Positions 30,348-32,000 of a DNA stretch of 32,000 bases are shown in pieces (positions within the stretch are counted from its first letter, which is position 1; each line of letters begins with the position of its first letter). The position numbers were made by a program, and so were the translations under genes. Below the pieces are notes generated by a model, which made no database searches, was not told the DNA's origin, and worked only from the letters and a program-made list of their open reading frames with translations. This DNA is from Nitrospirota bacterium. GTDB lineage: Bacteria > Nitrospirota > UBA9217. Where the stretch lies: assembly GCA_020052615.1 (NCBI GenBank), contig JAGVOT010000123.1, positions 174 through 32,173 of the forward strand, given 5' to 3'.

Positions 30348-31553
30348 ATGAAGTTCAATACGATCGAAGAGGCCCTGGAAGATATCAAGAAGGGTAAAAT
30401 GGTCATCCTGGTGGACGATGAGGACCGGGAGAACGAGGGCGACCTGACGATGGCCGCGGAGAAGGTCACGCCGGAGGCCATCAATTTCATGGCCAAGCAC
30501 GGCCGGGGGCTCATCTGCCTTTCGCTCACGCCCGAACGCGTCGAACATCTCCAGCTTCCGATGATGACCACGGACAACACATCGTCCTTCGGCACGGCGT
30601 TCACCATATCCATCGAGGCGAAAAAGGGCGTCACCACGGGCATCTCGGCGGCCGACCGCGCCACGACCATCAAGGCAGCAATCAATCCCAAGTTCGGACC
30701 CGAGGACCTGGCGCGTCCGGGCCATGTGTTCCCGCTCAGGGCAAGGCCGGGCGGGGTCCTGCAGCGCGCAGGCCAGACCGAGGGTTCCGTCGATCTGGCG
30801 CGGCTCGCAGGGCTCTACCCCTCGGGCGTGATCTGCGAGATCATGAACGACGACGGGTCCATGTCCCGCGTACCCCAGCTCATCGAGTTCGCCAAGACCC
30901 ACCACATGAAGATCATTACCGTCAAGGACCTTATCGCCTATCGGGTGAAAAAGGAGTCGCTGGTCCGCCGGGTGGCGGTGACCAAGATGCCGACGGCATA
31001 TGGTGATGAGTTCACGGCGATCCTCTATGCGAACGACATCGATGGCCTGAACCACATAGCCCTGGTGAAAGGCGATATCAAGCCCGATGACGATGTCCTC
31101 GTCCGTGTCCACTCGGAATGCCTCACCGGTGATGTCTTCGGGTCACTGCGGTGCGACTGCGGCGAACAGCTGCACAACGCCATGGAGATGATCGCTGACG
31201 CCGGAAAAGGGGTCATCCTCTACATGCGGCAGGAAGGCCGCGGGATCGGGCTCGAAGGCAAACTGAGGGCCTACGAACTTCAGGACAAGGGCAAGGACAC
31301 CGTGGAGGCGAACCTCGCTCTGGGATTCAAGGCCGACCTTCGGGACTACGGCGTCGGCGCTCAGATCCTCCGGGACCTTGGCGTGCGGAAACTGAAGCTC
31401 CTTACCAACAATCCCAAGAAGATCGTCGGCCTCGAGGGATATGGCCTGACCGTGGTGAAGCGGATGCCCATCGAGATGCATCCTCACGCAAAGAACGTCC
31501 ACTATCTCAAGGTAAAGAAGAGCAAGATGGGGCATATGCTGGAGAAAGTGTAG
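30348..31553 (+). CDS. ribBA: Bifunctional 3,4-dihydroxy-2-butanone-4-phosphate synthase / GTP cyclohydrolase II
   Basis: The DHBP synthase motifs are [12 protein letters not shown] and GHVFPL. The GCH II zinc and active site is [23 protein letters not shown], followed by [13 protein letters not shown] prefer the ATG at 30348, as the upstream ORF-track extension carries no homology-like sequence. Confidence 0.95.
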   Translation: MKFNTIEEALEDIKKGKMVILVDDEDRENEGDLTMAAEKVTPEAINFMAKHGRGLICLSLTPERVEHLQLPMMTTDNTSSFGTAFTISIEAKKGVTTGISAADRATTIKAAINPKFGPEDLARPGHVFPLRARPGGVLQRAGQTEGSVDLARLAGLYPSGVICEIMNDDGSMSRVPQLIEFAKTHHMKIITVKDLIAYRVKKESLVRRVAVTKMPTAYGDEFTAILYANDIDGLNHIALVKGDIKPDDDVLVRVHSECLTGDVFGSLRCDCGEQLHNAMEMIADAGKGVILYMRQEGRGIGLEGKLRAYELQDKGKDTVEANLALGFKADLRDYGVGAQILRDLGVRKLKLLTNNPKKIVGLEGYGLTVVKRMPIEMHPHAKNVHYLKVKKSKMGHMLEKV

Positions 31554-31628
31554 CCTGTCGGTCAACAGGAAAAAGACAAGACACGAGATCCATGAGAATT
31601 CCATACTGCGCGGCAGCAGGAGGGTGTG

Positions 31629-32000
31629 ATGCCAAAGATTATCCAGGGTGATCTGAATGCGAAAGGTCTGAAATTCGGGATCGTCGCGTCGCGGTTCAAC
31701 GATTTCATCACCGCAAGGCTTCTCGACGGCGCCGTAGACGGCCTGACGAGGCACGGCGCTTCTGATGCCGACATCGAGGTGGTCCGGGTCCCGGGGGCCT
31801 ACGAGATACCCCTTATTGCGCGGCAGCTGGCGAGGTCAAAGAAGTACAGCGCGGTCATCTGCCTGGGCGCCGTCATCCGCGGGGCAACGCCGCACTTTGA
31901 GTATGTGAGCGCCGAGGTGAGCAAGGGCGTTGCGGCGGTCTCCATGGAAACAGGGGTTCCCGTGGTTTTCGGCGTCCTGACCACCGACACCATCGAACAG
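31629..32000 (+). CDS. ribH: 6,7-dimethyl-8-ribityllumazine synthase (3' end outside the window)
   Basis: Not in the ORF track, because there is no stop inside the window. ATG at 31629 follows GGAGGG. It translates [39 protein letters not shown]...[11 protein letters not shown]...[19 protein letters not shown]...[16 protein letters not shown], the canonical RibH sequence, and stays open to nt 32000. Confidence 0.9.
   Translation, partial: MPKIIQGDLNAKGLKFGIVASRFNDFITARLLDGAVDGLTRHGASDADIEVVRVPGAYEIPLIARQLARSKKYSAVICLGAVIRGATPHFEYVSAEVSKGVAAVSMETGVPVVFGVLTTDTIEQ

Overview
High-GC (about 60-70% in most stretches), almost fully coding window from a diderm bacterium. I saw no rRNA, tRNA, CRISPR array, IS element, integrase or phage gene. 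All calls rest on motifs read by eye in the supplied translations and DNA; no database search was run.

Block A (1-21.7 kb) is one co-directional plus-strand run with very short or overlapping gene junctions:
- the 3' tail of an FG-GAP/VCBS-like repeat protein, a small probable lipoprotein, and a secreted S8 subtilase whose C-terminus is a 48-aa (144-bp) tandem repeat array;
- a Wzx/Wzy-type exopolysaccharide or capsule locus: wzx, GT4, a TylF-type O-methyltransferase, a PAPS-type sulfotransferase, a WecB/TagA GT26, a secreted beta-helix protein, a Wzy/O-antigen-ligase-like protein and two class I methyltransferases;
- the export part of that locus: a 722-aa multi-SLBB Wza-like OPX, a kinase-less mini Wzz, a Sco1/SenC gene coupled to a cytochrome c::periplasmic-binding-protein fusion, and a Wzi-like outer-membrane protein;
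- a 280-bp AT-rich spacer, a WecA-type initiating transferase and a Cys4-PAS GGDEF cyclase.

Block B (21.7-28.8 kb) is a metal/cofactor block. fdhD and an outer-membrane barrel gene lie on the minus strand. Divergent from them is nikR, with a perfect GTGTTAC-N14-GTAACAC operator over its promoter. It is followed by an outer-membrane channel gene, nikM/cbiM, a small PDGLE-like component, nikQ and nikO (NikO carries a His-rich C-terminal extension), then an FmdE-family gene.

Block C (28.8-32 kb) is an OmpA-like coiled-coil lipoprotein followed directly by ribE-ribBA-ribH; ribH is cut by the window end.

The most unusual points are:
- the Sco plus cytochrome c::PBP pair wired into the polysaccharide export module;
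- a predicted sulfated and multiply methylated polymer built with only three glycosyltransferases, with a low-GC methyltransferase/sulfotransferase cassette;
- the His-rich NikO tail and the outer-membrane gene inside the nik operon;
- the Cys-cluster PAS-GGDEF next to the locus.
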